A stretch of 64,000 nt of DNA from Sedimentisphaerales bacterium (lineage in GTDB: Bacteria > Planctomycetota > Phycisphaerae > Sedimentisphaerales > SM23-30), in contig CAXXMR010000009.1 of NCBI GenBank assembly GCA_963663805.2, positions 128,001 to 192,000 of the forward strand, read 5' to 3'. The notes beneath the pieces were generated by a model that did no database searches, was not told the origin of the DNA, and saw only the letters and a program-made list of their open reading frames with translations. The first letter of the stretch is position 1, and the number at the start of each line of letters is the position of its first letter. This document shows positions 9,067-19,686 of the stretch, piece by piece. The position numbers were made by a program, and so were the translations under genes.

Positions 9067-10224
9067 ATGTCGAAAAAGTGGATTTTTGAACATCTGGAGT
9101 ATTTGCGGTCTGAGGGGGTGTATCGGCAAATGAAGGTGGTTGAGGGCGGCGGGGGGCGTATGGTTCAGGTTGAGGGGCGGGAGGTTCTGGTTTTTTGCTC
9201 AAATAATTATCTGGGGCTGGCGAATCATCCGGCGGTGGTTGAGGCGGTGCGAGAAGGGGTTCAGAAGTGGGGCTGGGGCAGTACCGGTTCGCGGCTGATT
9301 TGTGGTAATACTAGTGCGGGGGAGGAGTTAGAGCGGTCACTGGCAGATTGGCTGGGGGTGGAGAGTACGCTGGTCACGCCCAGCGGGTACGCGGCAAACG
9401 GGGCGGTTTTGACAGCGTTAGCGGGTGAGGGGGATCTCGTATTGCTGGACAAGCTGGTTCATGCTTCGATAATCGATGGGGCCAAAGCAAGCGGGGCTGC
9501 GGTGCGGATCTGGCCCCACCGACAGACGGACAAGCTGGTGCGGCTTTTGGAGAAAGGCGGGTATCGGCGGGCGTTTATGGTGACGGATTCTTTGTTCAGC
9601 ATGGATGGGGACGCGGCGAATTTGGAGGAGCTGGCGGCGATTAAAGAGCGGTTTGGAGCGATGCTGATAGTTGATGAGGCTCATGCGGTGGGGTGCTACG
9701 GAGTGGATGGTTCGGGTTTGATCAGTGAGCAGGGCTTGAAGGCCGGGGCGGTTGACGTGGTGGTTATGACGCTATCGAAGGCACTGGGGGGCAGCGGCGG
9801 GGTGATTGGCTGTACACGGGAAGTGAAGGATTATCTGGTTAATACGGCACGGTCGTTTATTTTTACGACGGGGATACCGGCGGTTAGCTGTTTAGCGGCG
9901 CAGGCGGCGGTTGAGGTGATAAAAAGTGAACCACAGCGGCGGGGGCGATTGTTGGAGAACGGTGATTATTTTCGGTGCCGATGCCGGGAGCTGAGTTTAG
10001 ATACGGGTGATTCAAGTAGTTATATTGTGCCGATAGTTATTGGTGAGGCGGAGCGAACTTGTGATGTTGCAGCGAAGTTGTTTGAACGAGGGTATTGGGC
10101 GGCAGCGGTGAGGCCTCCGACGGTGGCGAAGGGTAGTTCGCGGCTGAGAGTATCCTTGACGAGTGAGCATAGCAGGGCGGATATAGACGGGCTTTGCGGA
10201 CAATTAGAGGATTTGATATGCTGA
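9067..10224 (+). CDS. bioF: 8-amino-7-oxononanoate synthase (class II PLP enzyme)
   Basis: FCSNNYLGL, SGYAAN, HASIIDG, FSMDGD, VDEAH, TLSKALG and RPPTV..SRLR. Confidence 0.9.
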   Translation: MSKKWIFEHLEYLRSEGVYRQMKVVEGGGGRMVQVEGREVLVFCSNNYLGLANHPAVVEAVREGVQKWGWGSTGSRLICGNTSAGEELERSLADWLGVESTLVTPSGYAANGAVLTALAGEGDLVLLDKLVHASIIDGAKASGAAVRIWPHRQTDKLVRLLEKGGYRRAFMVTDSLFSMDGDAANLEELAAIKERFGAMLIVDEAHAVGCYGVDGSGLISEQGLKAGAVDVVVMTLSKALGGSGGVIGCTREVKDYLVNTARSFIFTTGIPAVSCLAAQAAVEVIKSEPQRRGRLLENGDYFRCRCRELSLDTGDSSSYIVPIVIGEAERTCDVAAKLFERGYWAAAVRPPTVAKGSSRLRVSLTSEHSRADIDGLCGQLEDLIC

Positions 10225-10751
10225 ATACTGAGCCGGAAATTGAAGTGCTGATTTCTGAAAATGAGATTGGTCGGCATGTGGGCGAAATTGCGGCGCGAGT
10301 GGACGCAGCCTATGCGGGCAGTGCGGATGTGGTGGGGCTGGTGCTGCTGGAAGGGGCCCGGCCTTTCGCTCATGATTTGGCGGCAGCGATGCAGGTTCCG
10401 CTGGAATTGCAGATGTTGAAAGTTAGCAGTTACGAAGGGACCAGCTCGACAGGGTGCGTGGAGATTCTGGGGGAGATTAGCGATTCGATTCGGGGGCGGG
10501 ATGTGTTGGTTATCGATGATATTTATGATACGGGGCGGACGCTGGCCAAGCTGCTGGAAGCGGTGGGTGAGTTTGGGCCGCGTTCGGTGCGGACTTGTGT
10601 GCTGCTGGAGAAGCGGCATGAGCATCAGGTGCCGGTTACGCTGGATTTTGTGGGGCCGCTGGTGCCGAATGTTTTTGTGGTGGGGTATGGGCTGGATTAT
10701 GAGCAGGATTATCGGGAATTGCCGTATGTGGGGAAGTTGAATGTTATCTAA
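10218..10751 (+). CDS. hpt: Hypoxanthine phosphoribosyltransferase
   Basis: VSSY..., VLVIDDIYDTG.TL, FVVGYGLDY and YR.LP. Confidence 0.93.
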   Translation: MLNTEPEIEVLISENEIGRHVGEIAARVDAAYAGSADVVGLVLLEGARPFAHDLAAAMQVPLELQMLKVSSYEGTSSTGCVEILGEISDSIRGRDVLVIDDIYDTGRTLAKLLEAVGEFGPRSVRTCVLLEKRHEHQVPVTLDFVGPLVPNVFVVGYGLDYEQDYRELPYVGKLNVI

Positions 10752-10789
10752 GGTTGACTGAAGTTGTGGTCGATGATAAAGTTAGAACT

Positions 10790-11713
10790 ATGCAGACACC
10801 ATTAAACATAAAGATTCGGGCGGGGTTGGCGCTGGCGGCGGCTGGCGTGGTATTTGGTACTATTGGTTGGTCCCAGGCTCGGCCGGAGATGCCTAACGGC
10901 GTGCTTATGCTGGTTTCGCATAGTCACGCGATAACGCTGGTGCTGACGTTAATTGTTTTAGGGGCGTTAGTTACGGCGGCAGGGGCGCTGCTGGGCGGTC
11001 GTTATGGTCGGGAGATTTCCTGGATATCGTTGCCGGCGGGACTGGCTTTGTGGTCGCTGCACAGTACGAATATGACGAGTTTATTGCAGCAGTACAGTGA
11101 TTCGGCGGAGCGGGCGGCGATGTTTCGGGGGCTGCTGTTTGATGCTCTGGCGTGGTCGGCTATTCTGGCAGTAGTGGGGCTGGCGATAATAAAATTTAAA
11201 AAGACGGATATTTCTCCTGCTGGTGAAGCTGAGGCAAAGCATAAAAATCAGATGCTGCTGCCGATAGCGGCGACTTCGGTGCTGGCTTATATCCTGCTGC
11301 GGATACTTATGAAGGCGGGCCCCACGCGGATGTTTGACGATGTCGGTGGGCTGGTCAATGTAACTTCGCCGGTGGCTTCGGGTCAGGCGATTTTTGGTAC
11401 GGCGGTGGCTTTTGGGGTAGCGACCTATCTGGTGCATCAGATTTTCAAGTCTACGGCGGTATGGTATCACCTGTTGTCGCTGCCGATAGTCGCTTGTGCG
11501 ATTTATCTGCCGGCGGCTCGAGTGTCTGTTCATTCGGGTCTTGATAAGTTTCATGTTCCGCTGGTGCCCGAAGGTCTGGCGGTGGCGACAGTGTTACCCA
11601 TTCAGCTTATCGGGATGGGGTCGCTGGCAGTCCTGGCAGGCTACTGGTACAGTATGCGGGCACACCGTGAACGTCGTGAGCAATTCGCGGCGTTGATAGC
11701 CGAAGCTGAATAA
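10790..11713 (+). CDS. Hypothetical multi-pass membrane protein
   Basis: About 8 hydrophobic segments. No recognised family. Confidence 0.75.
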   Translation: MQTPLNIKIRAGLALAAAGVVFGTIGWSQARPEMPNGVLMLVSHSHAITLVLTLIVLGALVTAAGALLGGRYGREISWISLPAGLALWSLHSTNMTSLLQQYSDSAERAAMFRGLLFDALAWSAILAVVGLAIIKFKKTDISPAGEAEAKHKNQMLLPIAATSVLAYILLRILMKAGPTRMFDDVGGLVNVTSPVASGQAIFGTAVAFGVATYLVHQIFKSTAVWYHLLSLPIVACAIYLPAARVSVHSGLDKFHVPLVPEGLAVATVLPIQLIGMGSLAVLAGYWYSMRAHRERREQFAALIAEAE

Positions 11714-11807
11714 GCGGGAGAACCTCCCGACAGGTCAGCGGGCGGATTGGGGTGGTCAGTCCATTTTTTTGTCAGTTTTTTTCCTGGTTGGGGTGACTTT
11801 TCTTGAA

Positions 11808-11829
11808 TATGTGTTATAATTAACACATA
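11808..11829. promoter_or_regulatory. Perfect inverted repeat (operator candidate) overlapping an extended -10 element
   Basis: TATGTGTTA-TAAT-TAACACATA, which contains TGtTATAAT. Confidence 0.6.
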
Positions 11830-11864
11830 CGGCTTATCGGACCTTCGTAATCAGGGAGACATGG

Positions 11865-12083
11865 ATGTTATCCAGAGAAATGGTCCTTAATCGTGCGATT
11901 GCAATGGGGATCGAAACCGGTGAGATGCCGGAGGTCAAGTTTATCTGGTCAGTTCAGGAGTCCGAGCGAATGAAGCCCTGTTTTGGCCGGGAAGAGCAGT
12001 GTGATGATACTGGTTGCCGCTGGCGTGTACACTGTCGAGCATTGCAGATGTTCGGTTCGACCAGAATGACCAGAACAGTTTGA
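11865..12083 (+). CDS. Small Cys-rich protein (resembles SAP/Rho-N-like small proteins with a CFG...C....C.W...C tail)
   Basis: SD GGGAG upstream. IWSVQESE..KPCFG...CDDTGCRWRVHC. Confidence 0.65.
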   Translation: MLSREMVLNRAIAMGIETGEMPEVKFIWSVQESERMKPCFGREEQCDDTGCRWRVHCRALQMFGSTRMTRTV

Positions 12084-12190
12084 CAAGCCACCGTTGACTC
12101 GACCAATGACCCGGCAGGGCTGATCGAGCGAATCTATAACGCAGGTCCTTCTGATCCAATGGGCTTGGACGAGTACAACGTTCGCTCTTA

Positions 12191-12229
12191 TCTGCCGGAA
12201 GGCGATTAAAGCAGTCCGGCAGACTTTTT
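12191..12229 (+). terminator. Intrinsic terminator candidate between convergent genes
   Basis: TCTGCCGGA...TCCGGCAGA stem followed by CTTTTT. Confidence 0.5.
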
Positions 12230-12265
12230 ATGCGCGGCAGATTCCAATGAGGTAACTCATTTTGC

Positions 12266-13234
12266 TCAGGCGTTGGTAGTGTCCGGCTGGGCTACCCAAT
12301 CGTAAGCGATGTACTGGTGGTCGAAAGTGCCGTCGGTGTAGAGGTCGAAGACCCCGTAGCCTTCGTCGCATTCCATGTGGTTGCCTTTCCACCAGGCGCC
12401 ACAGACGGCTCCGTCGCAGATGTAGGTTGTGCCGCAGTATTCGTTGCGGTCAACGAGGTGGAGATGGCCGCTGACGCAGAGTTTGACCTTGCCGTGGGCC
12501 AGGAACATGTCTTTGAGTTTGCGGGCGTCCAGGTGCATCCATTCTTTGGGCAGGGACCAGTTGCCCTTCTTTTCGTTTTCGCCGTCGAGATAGGCTGCAA
12601 CCGAAAGGATGGGAATGTGGGAAACGATGGCGATGAATTTATCTTTGTTAGTATTCAGTTCGTTTTCGAGCCAGGCCATTTGTTCATCGTCCAGTTTAGC
12701 CTGATAGTTGCTCGATGCTTCGTGGGTGCTGTCCAGGATGATAATACGCCAGGGTTTGACGTCGAAAGCGTAATAGCGGCCAGGCATTTTGAACTCGGTG
12801 ACAGGGCGGTTTTTGCCCCAGTTTGGTTCGCTGCCGGTGGTTTTACTGTGTTCTTTGTTCCAGCCCCAGGCATCGTGGTTGCCGATGCAGTATTTAACGG
12901 GGATTTTACAGTTCTGGGCAATGGTTTCCTTGACGAGATTAAATTGTATGGAGGTCCAGTTGTCATCTGCGGCGAAGGAGTCCATCACGTGGTCGCCGCC
13001 GGTGATGAGCAGCTCAGGTTTATCGGGCAGGGCCTGCATGTGGTTAAGGGCCTGGGCGAATCCCTGGGGGGCTGAGCGTTTGGGTTCGAGGTGAAGGTCG
13101 GTGAAGTGGGCGAAACGCAGGGTACGCTTTGCGGGTTTGGAGGATTTGCTTGGTTTGAGTGAGGCGTTAGAATCGGAAGTAACCATCGCGCCGGCTGCGG
13201 CAGCCGAAGCCAACAGAAAATCTCTGCGTTTCAT
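12266..13234 (-). CDS. Tat-exported calcineurin-like metallophosphoesterase (CpdA-like)
   Basis: MKRRDFL twin-arginine signal. DLH, GGD, GNHD, SHIP and GHLH. Confidence 0.92.
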   Translation of the reverse strand: MKRRDFLLASAAAAGAMVTSDSNASLKPSKSSKPAKRTLRFAHFTDLHLEPKRSAPQGFAQALNHMQALPDKPELLITGGDHVMDSFAADDNWTSIQFNLVKETIAQNCKIPVKYCIGNHDAWGWNKEHSKTTGSEPNWGKNRPVTEFKMPGRYYAFDVKPWRIIILDSTHEASSNYQAKLDDEQMAWLENELNTNKDKFIAIVSHIPILSVAAYLDGENEKKGNWSLPKEWMHLDARKLKDMFLAHGKVKLCVSGHLHLVDRNEYCGTTYICDGAVCGAWWKGNHMECDEGYGVFDLYTDGTFDHQYIAYDWVAQPDTTNA

Positions 13235-13310
13235 AATATCACCGTTCAATAGGGGGTTATGTTAGCAAATACCACGTTTCAGAATAAGCTAACAGGCCCC
13301 GCGAATGCTG

Positions 13311-14703
13311 TCAACGGGATTCTGTGTAGATGTTTTCAAAATTGATGTGGCCCCACGGACCGGCGGCATTGTCAACTACTTTTATTTTGAGTAGTTTACC
13401 GCGGAGTTCTTTGGTGTCTAGAAGTATGGTTTGGAACTGGTTGGAGTTTGAACCGGTAAATCTCTGATATTCAACACCGGTTTCGGTATCCGTTATGGCG
13501 ACATAGGCTTTATCGAGCTTTTCGCCGCCGGAGATACGCAGCAGGGCCCGGTCGGTATCGAAGGTGAAGGCGGGACTTTCGATAGTGCCGGTGAGTTCGT
13601 CGTCGAATTCCTTGATGCCGGTTTCAGCGGTGGCGATGAAATATTCGGTCTGAGCGTTTGAAGGCGGTACGTACCGAGTTAATGAAGGTGTGGGCGAGGT
13701 CGCCGGTTTTTTGCCATTGGTCGCGGTGGGCAGGGTTGGTTATGTCGAAGACGGGGGTGTTGAAGTTTTTGAAGTCGAGGCGGGCAACTCTTACGCCGTC
13801 GAGGTTGGGGTTCAGGGCGACCATGTAATACTGGCTACCTTCTTTGACGATTTCGGGGGCACAGAGGTTCATTTTGGTGATGTAATACTGGTCATTGTCG
13901 ATGCCGAAATTGAAGGGGTTTTCGGAGCAGTAAACAGAGGTTTGGGCCCCGGGTCCGTAAAACTGGGTGCGGAAAAGTACGTAGAGGCCGGGGAAGGGTT
14001 CCACGACGTGGGGACATTCGCAGGAGTAGGGGTTGTTGCCGGCTTTGCCGCCATAAGCGACGATGAAGGAGTCGGACCAGTTCAGCAGGTCGTTTGAGGT
14101 GCGGCAGTATAAATAACCCTTGCCGCCGGGAAAGGCGGTGTAGTAATTCAGCCATTGGCCTTTGGTGTTGAGCATCATGGCGTCGCGGGTGTTGACCAGC
14201 GGACCTTCGGTGAACAGGTATTGGGAGTTATTGTGCCAGCGGTAGCGGGTGAAATTTTTACCGTCTGGGCTGGTGGCCATGGAGATGTAGTCCCAGTCGC
14301 CATAGGCCATCCAGTATTTGTCTTGGTATTTGACAACGTGGGGGGCCTGCAGGCCGTGCAGCGGTTCGTGGTGCTCGGCTGATGAGGTCATGGTGATACC
14401 AAGGGGTTGCCAGTCGGTGTCGGTGATGGATTTACCTTCCCAGCCGTGAAAGAGGCGGGTATGACCCTGGGCATTAATAAAACGGATGCAGGACCAGAGC
14501 TGCCACGTGCCGTCTTGAGCTTGCCAGATGCCGAAATCGACCGGCTGCTGTTTAGGGCTGTTGTATTCGCCCAGGTCAGGATTGCCAGCGACCTGCCAGA
14601 ATCCGCCGTCGATGATGGGCACGACAAAATTCGCGGCGTTGATAAAGTCGCTGGTTAGGAAAAAAACTATTAAGGTCGGTAAGATGATTTTTGTGAATTT
14701 CAT
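13311..14703 (-). CDS. Secreted five-bladed beta-propeller glycosidase-like protein (GH32/GH43-like) with a C-terminal beta-sandwich, split by an extra base near 13657-13659
   Basis: Signal peptide. QAPHVV, TRDAMM and SCECPHV. Removing one T of TTT joins an open frame ending VVDNAAGPWGHINFENIYTESR*. Confidence 0.75.
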
Positions 14704-14727
14704 TTTTTGTCCTTTTGAGGGCATATT

Positions 14728-15903
14728 TTATTTGGGGAATTTGTAGAATTGGCCGTTGGGGTTTTGGGTGTGTTTGTAGAGCTGAGCGAGGAACCGGCAG
14801 AGGTTTGGGAAGGTGCACATCGGCTGGAGCGAGTGGTCGAGGTTGGGGAAGTAGCGACCACGCTTTAGTAAGGCTGGAACTTTAGCCGATATTTCCGGTT
14901 CGATGAGATGTTCATTGTTTTCGTTGATGGTTTCTTTCTCGAGGCCGCCGATGAAGATAAAATCAGGATATTTTTGAGCGAGGTTTACGAAGTCAAGGTT
15001 GGCTTTTGCTTCAACGGGGTAGAGTGCGTTGGCACCATGTTTGATGAGCAGCGGGATGAGCTGGTCGATATCGCCGTCGGTATCAACTATGAACATTTCG
15101 GTATTGCATTGGTCGGCCAGGTCGGCGATTTCGTCGTAGGCCGGGCAGCAGAATTCTTCAAAATGCCTGGGGCTTATCAACATGCCGTGGTTGTAGCAGC
15201 AATCTTCGTTTATCTGGATAATTTCGGGCTTGAGGCGGCGAATCAGGGGGAAAAGATATTTCCTGCGCAGGTCAGATTGCCAGTTGATAATCTCCGCGGC
15301 GAGTTCGGGGACGTCGTAGAGCAGGGTGGAGGCCAGTTCAGTGCCGGCAATGTCGCGCAGGAGCCCCCAGGTCGACAGTACGCCAATAAAAAGGGGATAC
15401 TCACGCTGGTCATAGGGTTCACAGGCCCGGTCGATTTGCTCAGTGGTCCAGGGCTCGCCGGGCGTGTTGAGTTTTTTGTATTTAAGCCATGATTCGCGGT
15501 CGCGGACGTGATAGGCCAGAAATTCAGGCATGGAATAGGCGTTTTCGTTGTCGAGTACCTGACGGGTTTTAGCGCCTGTTTCGTATTCGACGATTTCGTA
15601 CTGGTCCTGACGAGTGGTTTTTTGCTGGATGCCGCAGGCGGCCTCAGCTGGAAAAAAGTCGATGGTCAGAGGCGTGAGGGTGCCCCAAAACTCATTCCAT
15701 GACCGCCCAGCCTGGGCCGCCCAGCCGGTTTCGTAGTCCCAGCCTTTTACATGAGCGGGCATGCCTGTAGCGACCAGCCGTTGATAAATCTGCCCCCACG
15801 CCCCGCCAAACGACAGACCTGACGCACCGGGCAGACCGATGGTGGGCACGTAGTCAACGGGCTGATTGCGGCAAACTGCTTTGAAACGTTCGAGATGATT
15901 CAT
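14728..15903 (-). CDS. Uroporphyrinogen decarboxylase (UROD/MtaA-CmuA) superfamily protein
   Basis: EDCCYNHGMLISP, VDTDGD, YPVE, GGLEK and YFPNLDHSL. Confidence 0.85.
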   Translation of the reverse strand: MNHLERFKAVCRNQPVDYVPTIGLPGASGLSFGGAWGQIYQRLVATGMPAHVKGWDYETGWAAQAGRSWNEFWGTLTPLTIDFFPAEAACGIQQKTTRQDQYEIVEYETGAKTRQVLDNENAYSMPEFLAYHVRDRESWLKYKKLNTPGEPWTTEQIDRACEPYDQREYPLFIGVLSTWGLLRDIAGTELASTLLYDVPELAAEIINWQSDLRRKYLFPLIRRLKPEIIQINEDCCYNHGMLISPRHFEEFCCPAYDEIADLADQCNTEMFIVDTDGDIDQLIPLLIKHGANALYPVEAKANLDFVNLAQKYPDFIFIGGLEKETINENNEHLIEPEISAKVPALLKRGRYFPNLDHSLQPMCTFPNLCRFLAQLYKHTQNPNGQFYKFPK

Positions 15904-15915
15904 TTTTGCTTTACG

Positions 15916-18523
15916 CTATTCGCTGAGCGTTTCCATCAAGCCCACTTCCATCGCCTGTATAGCCGCGCCGTTTTCATTTTGGCCTATGACATAAACTTCA
16001 ATCATGCCGTTCTGAGGCTTGACGTTTTTAATGATTTTATCCACGGCGAGATAGGTTCCGCCGGCGGCCTGAGCGATGTTCATATCGCTGACGACTTCTT
16101 CTTCGTTGATTTTTATATCGACGGTGTGGGTTATCGGTTTGCCGTCTTTATCACGTTCAAGGAACGGATGAAGCGGGGTGTCAGCGAATTTCATCTTGAC
16201 GTAGTAAGTGCCGGCCCCGACGGTGATATTAGCCCAGAGTTCAGGTGCGTGTACGCCGTAGCGGTAGATTTCCTCGTCGGGCGTATTGCCGATATACATA
16301 CTGCGGCGATTGGTCCACCACGCTTCCTTAACAACGTCGCGACCGTAGCCGGAACGGGTTACCCATTCGGTGGCGGGCCGCCAGGCGTTACCGTTGCTGT
16401 CGATGTAATCTTCGCGAAGAGGATATCCGAAAATCATCCGCTGGGTATCGGTCGGAGCTGACCCTTCATCGAAAAATGCGGCAAGCTTCGGCAGCAGAGA
16501 ACTGGACGGAGTCGATATAAATTTCTTTGCCTTTGGTGGTGGGGTTGCCCTGCCCGCGAGCTACGATTTTGAGGGTATGTTCGGCCTGTTTCAGACCGCT
16601 GTGGTAGTAGAGCAACTGCTGGGCCCGTTCAACCGGGTTCCAGCATTCGAGGGTCGTGAGCTGTTTTTCGCCATCGAGGTAAACATCAGCCTGCCCACCG
16701 CTGGGACCAGCAAGACCTAGCACGCGTACTTGATTACCGGTGAAGGTGAACGTGAACGAGTCGCCTTTTTGGGCGGTATGATGCTGGGTCTGATTGAAGG
16801 CCTCGGCAGGTGAGGTCTGTTGCCATTTACCATTAAATTCAAGTTGAGTGTCGTCGATTTGTTGTTGCGGGTCGGTGGTGCCGGCGATGGTAATCTCCGT
16901 CAGGTTGTCATGACGGATAGTAAGAGTATAATCGCCGTCGGTTAGTTCTTTGAGCAGATAGCCGTTGACCTTCAGATTGTCGCGGCGGGGAAGTTTTTGG
17001 CCGTTGGCGGTGATTTCCGTGGGCTCAAACGCCAGTCGGATAACTTCCTGGGCGGGGGACGGGGCATCAAAGGTAGTATAGGTTATACGGTTGGCCTGAT
17101 AGACGACGGATTTGACGACAGAAGTGGAACGCAGGATGTGATTTTCGCGTTTGGGCCCGAAAAGCTCAGGGGTCCAGGCCAGTGCTTCCATCACCTGACA
17201 TAAGGGCCAGGGGTGAGCGAGATTGGACCATTCGCCGGTAGCAACCGCATCGCCGTAAAGACCGTCCTTAACGACACCGTTTTCAGCCGAGTCATAGGTC
17301 GCCATTATCATCATGCGTCGACCGATTTCACGGATGCGATGGTCGTCGGCAAGATATCCGAAACGCAGCAGGGTCGGTGCCGCGGTATATTGGTTGTAAG
17401 AAAGCGACGTACCGCAGCAGGTGGCGGATTCTGGAAAGGCCCAGGCCCCGCTAAAGGCATTGCCCGCGGAGTTCTGGTCGGCTCCGTTGCGGTTCAGGAT
17501 GAGAGTCAATATATTACGCAGGTCGGTTTCCCAGCCGGGGAAGGCCTGGGGGTTTTTCATGATATAATCGCCGCACATGGATACGATACCGCAAATGATG
17601 GGGTTGTCCCAGTCCCAGTAATTGCGGGCCCAGGTATCGTTTTCGAGCCATTCATTTTCGATGAGTTGCCGGACATAGCGCCTGCCTGCGTCGCGGGCCT
17701 TGATAAGGGCACGGTCGTCGCCGGTATAGCCCAGGTTGATAAGATCGTCGAGAAATTCCAGTATCAGCGTCGTTGAACCGGTCAGTTCGTCGGACCAGCC
17801 CACCACAGACGGGTCGGTATAGCGGTTCCACGGGGGCAGGTCGGGCGACAGGTTGCATTTTTCAGCGAAGACATCACCCCAATGAGCGGCGGCTGCGAAA
17901 TATTCTTCGTTGCCGGTGAGTTTGTAGGCTCGGAGTATTTCAGTGCCGACAATCGCACAAAGGTCAAGCTGGTTACGACCTGCCGGGTCACATTTGCCAT
18001 AGGCCTTCCCGCGCGTGGGTGTCGCGATAGGAAAGTTGGGCCAGGGATTGTCAGGACCCGTTTGGCCGTACTGGAGGATATAGTCAGCGGTCAGGGGAAT
18101 ATACAGGAAGGCTATTGGGTCGCCGCTATAAGCGTAGTAGGCGGTCAGGCCTTTGATGATGGACCAAGCCCGCTGGCTGAGATCGCCGCACATCCAGTCG
18201 TTGGTGGGGGGGATGAGGATCGTCCCGTCATCTTTGATAGACCAGTGTGAATTATAGACAAAGTCGGGGGCTGCCATGACCGCTTTTTGGGTATCGACCC
18301 AGGGATAGCGTTTCATAACTTCAACTGCGATACGCAGGCGGGTGTCCAGCGGACCATTTTGGCCGGGGTGCCAGGGGGCTATCACGCCGTACGGGTCTTC
18401 GACTGTCCGGTGGGCGTAGTATCGCTCAAGACTGACCGCCGCTGCTGACCGGCTGGTATAAAAAGGCAGGCAAAAAATTATGGTGAAGATGGTAAGGATG
18501 GCTTTTTTGAAATGTTTTTTCAT
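15916..18523 (-). CDS. Secreted putative (alpha/alpha)-barrel glycosidase-like protein with beta-sandwich and C-terminal malectin-like domain, split by an extra base near 16472-16484
   Basis: Signal peptide. Trp/Asp-rich core. Malectin-like YIDSNGNAW, Y.VKMKFA and DIKIN. Frames join on deleting one base. Confidence 0.7.
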
Positions 18524-18711
18524 TTGTCTGTCCTTCTATAATGGCATGTCGTAAACCTGTTTCCGCCGGCCACCTGCCTGGCAACATGCTGACTCCCGAA
18601 CAGGCAGGGATACAGCGCGGGGCTAAGCAACCCTGTCTCAATATAAATGTTTTTACAGTATTCCCCTGCTTTTGTGAAGTACTAAAAAGCTAAGGACGAA
18701 GTCGGCTTATT

Positions 18712-19557
18712 TTAGTATACTAAACCTTCGCTGTCGAAGTCCCACAGCGGATGCGGGCGACGCAGCGAAACATTGAAACCGGCAACGGGATTGTCCAGGT
18801 CGTAGACTTCTTCCTTGGGCAGGTATCCGGCATGGCCATCAAAATACGCAATGTTACAGCCCTCGTTATGTCGATAGGATACCTGGGAACCATTGTTTAC
18901 GGAAGAACTCTTTTCGCTGGCCCATCTGTCACCGAAGACATCCCAGTAGACCAGATAGTTGGCTCTTTCGTAGCGAGTAAGGTAGTTGTTGCTTTCGATG
19001 AACATGGCAACATCGGCACCTCTTTTTACCTGGCCCTGGAGAATGCCGCGGTATTTTTTGTCGTTAGGCCACCAGCCAGCCGAACGCCATTTTTCGGTGT
19101 TCATCGCGTAGCTCATCATTACACGCCAGCCCAGGGTGCTGGCTGAGAACGCCATATAGCCTTCTTCACTTTTGATGTCGTGAGAAGGGCAGCGAAGCTC
19201 TCTGGGAAAAATGAACGGGTCTTCCCAGTTGCTGTTTTTAATTTCCGCTCTTTCAGCCAGAGAAAGAATTTCGCGGAATTCCATGTTTTCCGGCCAACGC
19301 TCATCCCAGTAAGGATTACCGCCCAGCCGTTCGGCATCGCTGCTGCCTTCCTGAGAATACGGAACAAATCTGCCGTTGTTGGCAGACGCGTAGGTCATGT
19401 TGGAAAGTCCAAACGACTTCAGCAGTGTCAGGCAGACCACTTTCTTGGCTGATTCACGCGCCTGGCCGAGCGCGGGCAGCAATATGCTGACCAGCAATGC
19501 GATGATGGCAACTACTACTAATAGTTCAACCAGGGTAAAAGCTTTTCTGTTCTTCAC
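18712..19557 (-). CDS. Prepilin-type N-terminal cleavage/methylation protein with H-X9-DG domain (DUF1559-like)
   Basis: AFTLVELLVVVAIIALLVSILLPALGQARE and RHNEGCNIAYFDGH. GTG start after SD AAGGAG. Confidence 0.92.
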   Translation of the reverse strand: MKNRKAFTLVELLVVVAIIALLVSILLPALGQARESAKKVVCLTLLKSFGLSNMTYASANNGRFVPYSQEGSSDAERLGGNPYWDERWPENMEFREILSLAERAEIKNSNWEDPFIFPRELRCPSHDIKSEEGYMAFSASTLGWRVMMSYAMNTEKWRSAGWWPNDKKYRGILQGQVKRGADVAMFIESNNYLTRYERANYLVYWDVFGDRWASEKSSSVNNGSQVSYRHNEGCNIAYFDGHAGYLPKEEVYDLDNPVAGFNVSLRRPHPLWDFDSEGLVY

Positions 19558-19686
19558 AGCCTGTACTCCTTTATTCAAGCGGTCTGTATATCTTCCAAAA
19601 TCGGGCCCGGGCCGCGGGATTCGTGCCCCGCGACCACAGGCACTTAAACGTCCACTAAATTTACAGCAAAAAGATTCAGCTAAATC

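Noticed and set aside
12081..12209. Frame stays open for about 41 codons after the TGA of the small Cys-rich gene (possible read-through or Sec)
   Set aside because: No clear SECIS-like hairpin, the TGA is not in a redox motif, the length is compatible with chance, and it runs into the terminator stem.
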